Below the pieces are notes generated by a model, which was not told the origin of the DNA, did not search any database, and saw only the letters and a program-made list of their open reading frames with translations. The position numbers and the translations under genes were made by a program. From an uncultured Terrimonas sp. (GTDB taxonomy: Bacteria; Bacteroidota; Bacteroidia; Chitinophagales; Chitinophagaceae), in the NCBI GenBank assembly GCA_964599035.1, contig CAZREP010000002.1, forward strand, positions 4,299 to 68,298: a DNA stretch of 64,000 nt, in the 5' to 3' direction. This document shows positions 1 through 8,730 of the stretch, in pieces. Numbering within the stretch: the stretch's first letter is position 1; each line of letters opens with the position of its first letter.

Positions 1-55
1 GTCAAAAACAGTAACGCTGAAACCACTGCAACAAAGATAATGCTACACTTATATA

Positions 56-955
56 TTAAAATACTAAAACGCCGGCAGTAAGCGACCTGTTGCCCTGTAA
101 TCCGCCGCTATGGACGGCCAGAATGCTGGAGTGCGGGGGGAAAAAATCTTTTCCCGCCAGATCGAATATACCATACATCATTTTGGCCGTGTACACAAAG
201 TCTAGTGGAACGTTTGAGGTATGGTAAAACGTATTCATAAAAGTTATTAATTCCGGGGTATATTTTGCGAACCCGCCGAAATGATAGTCATGTATCAGGC
301 AAAACCTGTCAGGCAGGGGTTTATTAATTAAATATTGGATTTCATCTTTCAGGCTAAAGTTGTTCTTCATGGAACTGATGCCAACCACCTGCTGATGAGG
401 ACGCATTGCATGCAAAAGTCCTGCTACTGTTGTACCCGTTCCAATGGCTGAAACAATATGTGTATAGTTTTCCACATCTGTAGTACGCAATATATCCGCT
501 GCGCCCTGCGTGCCCAGAGGCCCGTATCCCCCCTCGGGAATAATATATACTTCCCCAAACTGCTTTCCAAATTTTTCGTATGATGTATTTCTTTTTACTG
601 CACTGTATTCATTACGGGATAAAAAAACGAGCTGCATGCCGTGGGCAGCTGCTTCCTGAAGGGTATTCGACCATTGTTGCGGCTCTTCTCCCCTGATAAC
701 GCCAATGGCTTTAAATCCGTATTCTTTTGCGGTATACGCTGTAGCAGCTATATGATTGGAATAGGCGCCGCCGAAGGTAAGCAGCGACTGAAATCCTTTG
801 TGGACCGCATCCTGCATATAATATTGAAGCTTGAACCATTTATTACCGGAAACAGTGGGATGGATTTGATCGAGCCGGAGTATGTGGAGCTGAATGTTTT
901 TTTGAAAGGTGAGTGCATTTTCAACCGGGGTTAAGAATATTTTGTTTAGCTGCAT
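56..955 (-). CDS. PLP-dependent ACC deaminase / D-cysteine desulfhydrase family protein
   Basis: 299 aa with the motifs SGNKWFKL (PLP lysine), TFGGAYSNH, IPEGG, GTGTT and HSGGLQG. Confidence 0.85.
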   Translation of the reverse strand: MQLNKIFLTPVENALTFQKNIQLHILRLDQIHPTVSGNKWFKLQYYMQDAVHKGFQSLLTFGGAYSNHIAATAYTAKEYGFKAIGVIRGEEPQQWSNTLQEAAAHGMQLVFLSRNEYSAVKRNTSYEKFGKQFGEVYIIPEGGYGPLGTQGAADILRTTDVENYTHIVSAIGTGTTVAGLLHAMRPHQQVVGISSMKNNFSLKDEIQYLINKPLPDRFCLIHDYHFGGFAKYTPELITFMNTFYHTSNVPLDFVYTAKMMYGIFDLAGKDFFPPHSSILAVHSGGLQGNRSLTAGVLVF

Positions 956-1083
956 CTTTCGTAAAACTATCGCTTGCTTTTACAAAACAGGGTAGTCCCC
1001 CAATGTTTCACTCTTTTATGGTACAGAACAGTGGCACAAAACAATAATAGAGGGTATAAATGTGCCATGCAACGGATGTGCGG

Positions 1084-1848
1084 TTATTTGTCGAGGGTAG
1101 CCGCTGCCGAAAGATATTCTCCGTTTAACCTCGCGATATTATCAACGGAAATTTCTTTGGGGCAAACTGCTTCGCAGGCTTCCGTCATGGTGCATGAGCC
1201 AAAGCCCTCCTTGTCCATTTGCTCTATCATATTGAGCACCCTGGTCCTTTTTTCCGGCGCCCCCTGTGGCAGTAAAGCCAGGTGGGCAACCTTGGCAGAT
1301 ACGAAAAGCATAGCTGAGCTGTTTTTACAGGCTGCCACACAGGCCCCGCATCCAATGCAGGCAGCGGCGGCAAAGGACTGGTCTGCTTTTTCCTTCTCCA
1401 CGGGAATGGCATTACCGTCTACAGCGTTTCCGGTATTCACCGAAATATAGCCGCCTGCCTGTATGATCCGGTCGAAGGCCCGGCGATCTACGACCAGGTC
1501 TTTAATAACGGGAAAGGCATTAGCGCGCCACGGCTCCACTACAATGGTATCACCGTCTTTAAAAGCCCGCATGTGTAGCTGACAGGTGGTGGTGCCATGC
1601 CATGGGCCATGGGGGCGACCGTTGATGTACATTGAACACATGCCGCAAATGCCTTCACGACAGTCGTGGTCGAAAGCAATCGGCTCCCTGTTCTCCTCGA
1701 TCAGCTTTTCGTTCAGTACATCGAACATTTCCAGGAACGACATTTCGGAAGAAATATCCTTTACCTCGTAGGTCTCAAAATGCCCTCTTTCGTTTTGATT
1801 CTTTTGTTTCCACACCTTTAAGGTGAGGTTCATGGTATAATGATCCAT
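1084..1848 (-). CDS. sdhB: Succinate dehydrogenase/fumarate reductase iron-sulfur subunit
   Basis: [20 protein letters not shown] and [12 protein letters not shown]e-S motifs. Start set at MDHYT (1848); the upstream ORF extension runs through a repeat tract. Confidence 0.95.
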   Translation of the reverse strand: MDHYTMNLTLKVWKQKNQNERGHFETYEVKDISSEMSFLEMFDVLNEKLIEENREPIAFDHDCREGICGMCSMYINGRPHGPWHGTTTCQLHMRAFKDGDTIVVEPWRANAFPVIKDLVVDRRAFDRIIQAGGYISVNTGNAVDGNAIPVEKEKADQSFAAAACIGCGACVAACKNSSAMLFVSAKVAHLALLPQGAPEKRTRVLNMIEQMDKEGFGSCTMTEACEAVCPKEISVDNIARLNGEYLSAAATLDK

Positions 1849-1851
1849 AGT

Positions 1852-1888
1852 AAATATGAAAATGTGATAATGTGATAAATGTGTAAAT
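1852..1888. repeat. Left arm: ~8-nt periodic AATGTGAT tract, inverted partner of 2449-2504
   Basis: 1861-1883 AATGTGATAATGTGATAAATGTG matches the reverse complement of 2482-2504 at 21/23 positions. Confidence 0.85.
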
Positions 1889-1986
1889 AATACTACACAT
1901 ATCACTAAAATAATATAATAAGATGAAAATGATGAATAACAGAACGCGTCCTCTTATCTACATGATCATCAATCTTAGTTCATATA

Positions 1987-2370
1987 CTAATACACAGCTA
2001 TTGATCCGGGCAATATTACTTTCATAAACCTGCCTTTACTTGAAAGTATTATTTTGGATATAATACGGATCAATTCCTCTGCCAGATGTTTTAAAGAACT
2101 GTTTTTCGGATAACTTCCGCTCCGCTCGCAGAGTATTAACCAATAAAGAGTTTCATTGGCTTCCTTTACGGCTACCTTCATTTTATGAATAAAATCCATT
2201 CTGCTTTCAGCATGCTGTGCCTCAAATACATTTGCTCCTACTGAAGTACCACTCTTTAGCAGCTGGTTAGCGATGATAAATTTTTTATCTGCTTCAAGCA
2301 ATTCACAGAACTTAATGATATTAACCGAAAAATCCAATGATTTTTCAACGACGATATTTTTGTGTTCCAT
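1987..2370 (-). CDS. Four helix bundle protein (23S rRNA intervening-sequence protein-like family)
   Basis: 127 aa with QLLKSGTSVGANVFEA, ESRMDFIHKMKVAVKEANETLYWL and EELIRII, the typical family pattern. Confidence 0.9.
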   Translation of the reverse strand: MEHKNIVVEKSLDFSVNIIKFCELLEADKKFIIANQLLKSGTSVGANVFEAQHAESRMDFIHKMKVAVKEANETLYWLILCERSGSYPKNSSLKHLAEELIRIISKIILSSKGRFMKVILPGSIAVY

Positions 2371-2448
2371 AAAAGTTAGCGTTTATTGGTTAAAACAAAG
2401 TATTAAGGTGTAATTATACCTTGTGCTTACCCTGTTCTAAATAACTTC

Positions 2449-2504
2449 CTCATTCTCTCATTCCCCACATTTCCACATTCTCACATTTATCACATTCCCA
2501 CATT
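2449..2504. repeat. Right arm: ~8-nt periodic CACATT tract overlapping the sdhA stop codon
   Basis: CTCATTCT CTCATTCC CCACATTT CCACATTC TCACATTT ATCACATT CCCACATT. Confidence 0.85.
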
Positions 2505-4479
2505 ATTTATAATTTCTCTGCGTCGGCTTAGCCAGTTCAAATTCCAGTGCCTCTTTATGCAGCGCCCAGTTGTGCTCTTCTTTATACTCCCAGGCGGATA
2601 CATGCAGGAATTGATCATCATGCCGCAGGGCTTCTCCTTCTTCGGTCTGGCTTTCTTCGCGGAAATGACCGCCACAGCTTTCGGCTCTATCCAGGGCGTC
2701 TATGCACATCAGCTCACCCAGGTCCATGAAGTCCGCTACCCGGTTGGCTTTGTCTAATTCGGGGTTCATCTCATTAATGGCGCCGGGTATTCTTACATCG
2801 CTCCAGAACTCTTTTTTCAGCGCCCTGATCTCTTCTATCGCTTCGCTCAATCCTTTTGCATTGCGCGACATGCCGCATTTTTCCCATATGATCTTACCGA
2901 GGCGTTTATGAAAGCTTTCCACCGACTGTTTACCGCCGATGTTCATGAGGCTGTTGATGCGTTCCCTCACCGTGTTTTCCGTTGCCTCAAATGCTTCATG
3001 GGTGGTAGCGATCGGCTTTACTGCAATTTCATTGGCAAGGTAATTGCCGATGGTATAGGGAATAACAAAATAACCGTCTGCCAGCCCCTGCATTAATGCC
3101 GAAGCACCCAGGCGGTTGGCTCCGTGATCACTGAAATTGCATTCGCCCAATGCATATAAGCCTTTCACCGAGGTCATCAGTTCGTAATCCACCCACAGTC
3201 CACCCATCGTATAATGCACGGCGGGGTAAATGCGCATGGGCACTTCATAAGGGTTTTCACCGGTGATCTTCTCATACATGTCGAACAGGTTGCCATATTC
3301 TTCTTTTACCACTTCTTTGCCGAGCCGTACCAGTATTGCCTCGTCCGGATTTTCTATACCATGCTTGCTTGCCTCGGCACGGCCATATTTGTTGATCAGG
3401 TTGTAACGGAAATCGAGGTAAACCGCCTGTTTCGTGGTGCCTACACCATATCCCGCGTCGCATCTTTCCTTTGCTGCGCGCGAGGCCACATCGCGGGGCA
3501 CCAGGTTGCCGAAGGCAGGATATCTTCTTTCGAGGTAGTAATCCCGCTCTTCTTCCGGTATATCATTGGCTTTACGCGTATCATTCTGCTTTTTAGGCAC
3601 CCATATGCGCCCGTCGTTGCGTAACGATTCAGACATGAGCGTTAATTTGCTCTGGTGGTCGCCTGTAACGGGTATGCAGGTGGGATGGATCTGGGTGAAG
3701 CAGGGATTGGCGAAAAAAGCGCCTCTTTTATGTGCTTTCCATGCAGCGGTAACATTACTGCCCATGGCGTTGGTGGATAAATAGAACACGTTGCCGTAGC
3801 CCCCGCTGCATAACAATACCGCATGGCCGAAGTATCTTTCTAATTCACCGGTAACAAGATTTCGGCAAATGATGCCCCTTGCTTTGCCGTCGATGATCAC
3901 GATGTCCTGCATTTCATGCCGGGCATACATCGTAACATTTCCCAATGCCACCTGCCGTTCAAGCGCCTGGTAAGCGCCTATCAATAGTTGCTGGCCGGTT
4001 TGCCCGGCAGCATAGAATGTTCTTTTTACCTGCACACCGCCAAAGGAGCGGTTGTTCAGCAGCCCACTGTATTCTCTTGCAAAGGGTACGCCCTGTGCCA
4101 CGCACTGGTCAATGATGTTGGCGCTTACTTCCGCCAGGCGGTACACATTAGCTTCGCGCGAACGATAGTCGCCTCCCTTGATCGTGTCATAAAAAAGGCG
4201 GAATACGGAATCGCCGTCGTTCTGATAGTTTTTGGCGGCATTAATGCCTCCCTGTGCTGCGATAGAGTGCGCCCTGCGCGGTGAATCCTGAAAGCAAAAT
4301 GCTTTTACACGGTAGCCCAGCTCGGCTAAAGTAGCAGCGGCTGAAGCACCTGCCAGCCCTGTGCCTACTACAATAACTTCCAGCTTGCGCTTGTTGGCAG
4401 GATTTACCAGCTTAACGTGACCTTTATAGTCACTCCATTTATGCTCTAACGATCCCGCAGGTATTTTTGAATCCAACAT
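2503..4479 (-). CDS. sdhA: Succinate dehydrogenase/fumarate reductase flavoprotein subunit
   Basis: 658 aa with VGTGLAG (FAD-binding), [17 protein letters not shown] and HGANRLG. Confidence 0.96.
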   Translation of the reverse strand: MLDSKIPAGSLEHKWSDYKGHVKLVNPANKRKLEVIVVGTGLAGASAAATLAELGYRVKAFCFQDSPRRAHSIAAQGGINAAKNYQNDGDSVFRLFYDTIKGGDYRSREANVYRLAEVSANIIDQCVAQGVPFAREYSGLLNNRSFGGVQVKRTFYAAGQTGQQLLIGAYQALERQVALGNVTMYARHEMQDIVIIDGKARGIICRNLVTGELERYFGHAVLLCSGGYGNVFYLSTNAMGSNVTAAWKAHKRGAFFANPCFTQIHPTCIPVTGDHQSKLTLMSESLRNDGRIWVPKKQNDTRKANDIPEEERDYYLERRYPAFGNLVPRDVASRAAKERCDAGYGVGTTKQAVYLDFRYNLINKYGRAEASKHGIENPDEAILVRLGKEVVKEEYGNLFDMYEKITGENPYEVPMRIYPAVHYTMGGLWVDYELMTSVKGLYALGECNFSDHGANRLGASALMQGLADGYFVIPYTIGNYLANEIAVKPIATTHEAFEATENTVRERINSLMNIGGKQSVESFHKRLGKIIWEKCGMSRNAKGLSEAIEEIRALKKEFWSDVRIPGAINEMNPELDKANRVADFMDLGELMCIDALDRAESCGGHFREESQTEEGEALRHDDQFLHVSAWEYKEEHNWALHKEALEFELAKPTQRNYK

Positions 4480-4644
4480 AAATACGTTGATGATTTTTAC
4501 CGGATTGATCCCAGGGTTTATTAATAAAAGTGAAAGATCACCATTCAGGATTGATCTCTCTTTCTCCTATATCTTAAGACTTGCACTTTTTTCATTTCTC
4601 TTCTTTCCTTCCCTCATGAAACGATAAATCAGGCATGCACAATC

Positions 4645-4679
4645 TCTCACGTCTTTCGTCTCACGCTTCACTTTCCCAA
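4645..4679. repeat. Heptamer tract abutting the sdhC stop codon
   Basis: TCTCACG TCTTTCG TCTCACG CTTCACT TTCCCAA immediately before 4680. Confidence 0.7.
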
Positions 4680-5381
4680 CTACTTCACCCATCCCAGGTA
4701 TACCGAAACAGGCATCATGGCAAAAGCCAGGGGCACGATTATCGAAAATACCTTACCTGTTGCCTGGACAATGCGTATATAACGCCGGTTGTGCAGCCCG
4801 AGCGTTCTGAACGCACTGTTGAACCCATGCATTAAATGATAGGCCAATGAAATGCAGCCCAGTACATATAAAATAACCACGGTAAGCGATTGAAATACGA
4901 TGATCATTTCACCATACAGGTTATGATATGCTTTTCCGTCGTAGGAAATAGTACCCAATTCGTGGATGTTGCCTACTCCGCCAAGGCGACTGGGTGTCCA
5001 GAAATGATAAATATGCATGATCAGGAACAGCATGATCAGCGTGCCCAGCAATCCCATGCTCCGGCTGTACCATTTGCTTCCCCGGTTGCCCAGCGGTACC
5101 TGGTAGCCGATACTTCTTCTCTTCCTGTTTTGCACTTCCAGGATCAACCCCTGCACAATATGCAGGATAATGCCCGCGAACAATCCTATTTCCATTATCC
5201 GGATCACCACTGTTGCTCCCATAAAGTGGGCAGCTTTATTAAACATGGCACCCCCGTCATTCGCCCAGATGCAGGCATTCAGACCAACGTGTACCACCAG
5301 GAATGAGATCAGGAACACACCTGTAAGTGCCATTACAAACTTTTTTCCTACCGGTGAAGTGAAGAGTTGTTTCCAGGTCAT
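4680..5381 (-). CDS. sdhC: Succinate dehydrogenase cytochrome b subunit
   Basis: GKKFVMALTG, conserved His in TM helices, HLMHGFNSAFRTLG. First gene of sdhCAB; start at MTWKQ. Confidence 0.92.
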   Translation of the reverse strand: MTWKQLFTSPVGKKFVMALTGVFLISFLVVHVGLNACIWANDGGAMFNKAAHFMGATVVIRIMEIGLFAGIILHIVQGLILEVQNRKRRSIGYQVPLGNRGSKWYSRSMGLLGTLIMLFLIMHIYHFWTPSRLGGVGNIHELGTISYDGKAYHNLYGEMIIVFQSLTVVILYVLGCISLAYHLMHGFNSAFRTLGLHNRRYIRIVQATGKVFSIIVPLAFAMMPVSVYLGWVK

Positions 5382-5410
5382 ATTCAGAAGAAGTGTTAGA
5401 AAAAGTAGAA

Positions 5411-5418
5411 CAAAAGTA
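5411..5418 (-). promoter_or_regulatory. Bacteroidota -7 promoter element for sdhCAB
   Basis: TACTTTTG (TAnnTTTG) on the minus strand about 30 nt upstream of the sdhC ATG. Confidence 0.6.
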
Positions 5419-5456
5419 ACACACAAAAGCTCATAAAACTCATGTTATGTTATTTT

Positions 5457-6023
5457 TTATCTATCTATGCGTTTTGACAAACGATCATTAATAGACTGAA
5501 AGAGGTGCTGGGGCTGCAATGTACGCCAACCGGGAGACTCCAGCAGCTGAACATAGCGGTTCAGTTTTGCTTTTTTAAAATCGTATTGAGATTGCTCGGG
5601 CAGGTTCAATATAACGATCCATCCGTTTTCTTCTTCTGTTTCCTGGAACCAGTCTTCATAATAACTGTCGTCGCTGCTATGAAAGTTCAGTACGTTTTCT
5701 CCGATCAGAATAAATTTTGTTATCCGCTCGTAAAAAAGCACATCCGTAACTTCTCTTCGCAGGGTGTGGATATCATTTTCTATGGCGTCATTCCATTCTC
5801 CTATTAATTCAATGATGGCATACCCATAGTCGTAGTCTGCATACAGGATCTTCATGTAAAGGGTGCGCGATCCGAATTCGTCCCATTGGGGATGGATATA
5901 ATAATTGTAAACGGTTTGTGAATACACGAATTCACTGTATTCTCTTCCCGAAAAGGGAGACCTTGGATCTTCTTCAGAAGCATATAAATGCCGCCAGTTA
6001 TAAAAAGGTTCTATATCATGCAT
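5457..6023 (-). CDS. Conserved hypothetical protein (Bacteroidota)
   Basis: 188-aa aromatic/acidic ORF (YNYYIHPQWDEFGSRTLYMK, GEWNDAIEND, IGENVLNFH) filling the thrC-sdhC gap. Confidence 0.8.
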   Translation of the reverse strand: MHDIEPFYNWRHLYASEEDPRSPFSGREYSEFVYSQTVYNYYIHPQWDEFGSRTLYMKILYADYDYGYAIIELIGEWNDAIENDIHTLRREVTDVLFYERITKFILIGENVLNFHSSDDSYYEDWFQETEEENGWIVILNLPEQSQYDFKKAKLNRYVQLLESPGWRTLQPQHLFQSINDRLSKRIDR

Positions 6024-6102
6024 GGATACCTATTCCCCCCGTACTGCAAATATCAAAAGAATATATGTAACACGTACAGAATTCCGCGGGGTTTTGTGCG
6101 GG

Positions 6103-7401
6103 TTAGCGCTCCAGCAAATAGTGCTTTAGCGCCGGGTATGCAGCCTCCATCACGGTACTGTGTTTGGGAAGCTGCAGTATGCTTTTGATGGAAGCCGGCA
6201 AAGGCACTTTTTCGCCGGTTACAGGCTCCACCACATCATAGAATTTTACCGGGTGAGCTGTTTCCAGGAAGATACCTTTCTGTTCCGGGTGCTGCTCAAG
6301 GTAACGTTCAAGGCAAAGATAGCCCACTGCTCCATGCGGGTCGGTCAGGTAGCCGGTTTCCTGTTTTACCCTTCTGATGGTTGCTTTTGTTTCCGCATCG
6401 GTTACCGTGTATCCTGAAAGTATTTTCTTAAGGTTGATGAAATTATTGTCAAACAACTGCAGTACACGCACAAAGTTGCTGGGATCTCCGACATCCATTG
6501 CATTGGAAAGTGTTGGCATGGCCTGCTTTACTTCATATTTGCCGCTGTGGAGGTAGCGGGGCACCACATCATTGGCATTACAAGCGGCAATGAAATGTGC
6601 TGCAGGAAGCCCCGATATATAGGCAAGCATCCCCGCGCAAATATTTCCGAAGTTGCCGCTGGGTACGCAAAATACAGGAGGACTTTCTTTTTGCCTCCAT
6701 TGTTTATAAGCAAAGAAATAATAAAACTGCTGCGGCAGCCACCGGGCCACATTAATGGAGTTAGCCGATGTAAGCCGCATTTGCTGCGTTAAGGAGGAGT
6801 CTGCAAAGGCCTGCTTCACCATGTGCTGGCAATCGTCGAACGTACCTTTTATTTCAAGCGCATGAATGTTTTTGCCCAGCGTGGTAAGTTGCTTCTCCTG
6901 TACGGCGCTTACTTTTCCGGAAGGATAAAGAATAACAACTTCAACGCCCTCCACATTGTAAAAGCCGCTGGCCACGGCGCCACCCGTATCGCCGGAAGTG
7001 GCTACCAGAACGGTTATCTTTTCGCTTCTTTCCTTTGCAAAATAGCCCAGGCACCTGCTCATAAATCTTGCTCCCGTATCCTTAAAAGCAAGGGTTGGCC
7101 CGTGGAAGAGCTCAAGGGCAGCTATCTTTTCGTTTACCTGCACGAGAGGAGAAGGAAAATCAACAGTTGCTGCAACAATGTGCTTTAGCTCGTCTTCAGG
7201 AATTTCATTGCCGACATAGGGGCTGATAACATCAAATGCTATAGCTTCATTGCTCTTTTCGCCGATACTTTCAATCCAGCTTTCACTGAGCCGCGGAAGG
7301 TTTTCGGGGAAATACAATCCTTTATCAGGCGCCTGGCCTTGTATGGTGGCTTCTTTAAAACTCACTTTGGGCGATTGCCGGTTGAGGCTGTAATATTTCA
7401 T
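6103..7401 (-). CDS. thrC: Threonine synthase
   Basis: ELFHGPTLAFKD, ATSGDTG, SANSINVARW and PSGNFGN. Confidence 0.96.
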   Translation of the reverse strand: MKYYSLNRQSPKVSFKEATIQGQAPDKGLYFPENLPRLSESWIESIGEKSNEAIAFDVISPYVGNEIPEDELKHIVAATVDFPSPLVQVNEKIAALELFHGPTLAFKDTGARFMSRCLGYFAKERSEKITVLVATSGDTGGAVASGFYNVEGVEVVILYPSGKVSAVQEKQLTTLGKNIHALEIKGTFDDCQHMVKQAFADSSLTQQMRLTSANSINVARWLPQQFYYFFAYKQWRQKESPPVFCVPSGNFGNICAGMLAYISGLPAAHFIAACNANDVVPRYLHSGKYEVKQAMPTLSNAMDVGDPSNFVRVLQLFDNNFINLKKILSGYTVTDAETKATIRRVKQETGYLTDPHGAVGYLCLERYLEQHPEQKGIFLETAHPVKFYDVVEPVTGEKVPLPASIKSILQLPKHSTVMEAAYPALKHYLLER

Positions 7402-7466
7402 GATGTTTGATGTTCGTTCTGTTTGATGAGCTGGTGCTACATAAGGAAATTATACTTGCATTGTAT

Positions 7467-7667
7467 TGTGAATAAGTGAATGGGCAATAGTGATTCAATG
7501 CCGTTTCTTAAGAACTGAACACTATTGTTGTGTCAATCCTGGTTTGCCGGGTGAGCTGTCTCACAGATGATTACAGATCACATCTCACGTCTCACGTTTC
7601 ACGTTTCTCGTCTCACGTTTCACCATTCCCTATTCACCATTCACTACTCTCACTTCCTGGTCTCACG
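7467..7667. repeat. Heptamer tracts forming imperfect inverted arms in the thrB-thrC spacer
   Basis: About 9 units of TCTCACG/TTTCACG/ATTCACY at 7583-7645. Complementary TGTGAAT/AGTGAAT/GGGCAAT/AGTGATT units at 7467-7495. Confidence 0.75.
7526..7568 (+). repeat. Dispersed 43-bp repeat, copy 1
   Basis: TGTTGTGTCAATCCTGGTTTGCCGGGTGAGCTGTCTCACAGAT, 39/43 identical to 42511-42553. Confidence 0.85.
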
Positions 7668-7698
7668 TTTTGTACAGTACTACCCATGCACGCATGTA

Positions 7699-8649
7699 TC
7701 AGCGGACAAGCTTCACCCCTTCCCTGTTTACCGTGGTAACATGGGTATGAAAAGGAATACCCGTGCCGGTATAGATATCCTGCATTGTTTTTTCAACCTT
7801 ATAAGCCGTTGCTTCATCGCGGCTAAGCATAAATATGGAAGGCCCCGATCCGGATATCCCACCACCTAAAGCGCCGGTCTCCAGGCTCTTTGACTTTACT
7901 TCTGCAAATGCAGGGATAAGGATGCTTCGAACGGGTTCTATCAGCACGTCTTCGAGCGACCGGCTGATCAGCCCATAGTCGCTTTTCATTAACCCCGTTA
8001 CCAGCGCGGCAATATTGCCCCATTGCCTGATCGCATCCTTCAGCAATATTTGCTTCCTTAATATCTGCCTTGCATCTTCCGTACGCACCTCTATCTGGGG
8101 GTGAACGAGCGTAACATACAATGGGGGGGAAGGCACACTGATCACATCCAGCGGGTAAATGCTGCGTATAAGGGTAACCCCGCCGTAAATGCAGGGCGCT
8201 ATATTATCGGCGTGCTTAACGCCCGAGGCCAGCTTTTCTCCCAGCATAGCCATCTGTATTAAGTCTTCATTGCTGAAAATATTGTTCAGCAAATGATTGG
8301 CGGCCACCACAGCGCCTGCCGAACTGGCTGCGCTGGAGCCGATGCCGCTGCCGGGCATTATCCTTTTTTCGATGGTAATATCAAATCCTGTCCTTTTATC
8401 CAGCCTTTCTATCATGTCCAGGAGCGCTACCCCTGCCACGTTCTTTTCGGGATCGGCAGGAAGCCCGTAATGGTCTGTATTGTGAATGACAACCTTCGGT
8501 TCGTCGATGAGCTTTATGATCATTACATCATAAGGGTTGTTCAAAGCCATTCCGAGCACGTCGAACCCGCACACCATATTGGCTACCGTACCGGGGGCGT
8601 GAACGGTTACTGATTTATTCCTTGCCGACGCTATCGCTTTCAGGTGCAT
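7699..8649 (-). CDS. thrB: Homoserine kinase
   Basis: GHMP kinase motifs APGTVANMVCGFDVLG, PGSGIGSSAAS, HADN and ISGSGP. Confidence 0.95.
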   Translation of the reverse strand: MHLKAIASARNKSVTVHAPGTVANMVCGFDVLGMALNNPYDVMIIKLIDEPKVVIHNTDHYGLPADPEKNVAGVALLDMIERLDKRTGFDITIEKRIMPGSGIGSSAASSAGAVVAANHLLNNIFSNEDLIQMAMLGEKLASGVKHADNIAPCIYGGVTLIRSIYPLDVISVPSPPLYVTLVHPQIEVRTEDARQILRKQILLKDAIRQWGNIAALVTGLMKSDYGLISRSLEDVLIEPVRSILIPAFAEVKSKSLETGALGGGISGSGPSIFMLSRDEATAYKVEKTMQDIYTGTGIPFHTHVTTVNREGVKLVR

Positions 8650-8652
8650 GAT

Positions 8653-8727
8653 GAGATTTGAGATTTAAGATTTGATATTTGAGATGTGTAGCGATTAATT
8701 TTAAATTTCTAATATGAAATTTCAAAT
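8653..8727. repeat. Heptamer hairpin filling the thrA-thrB spacer
   Basis: GAGATTT GAGATTT AAGATTT GATATTT GAGATGT, then the inverted AAATTTC TAATATG AAATTTC AAAT. Confidence 0.75.
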
Positions 8728-8730
8728 TGA

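Noticed and set aside
1987..2370. Diversity-generating retroelement or rRNA intervening sequence
   Set aside because: No reverse transcriptase, TR/VR pair or rRNA gene in the window.
7467..7667. CRISPR array
   Set aside because: The units are contiguous degenerate 7-mers with no unique spacers, and there are no cas genes.
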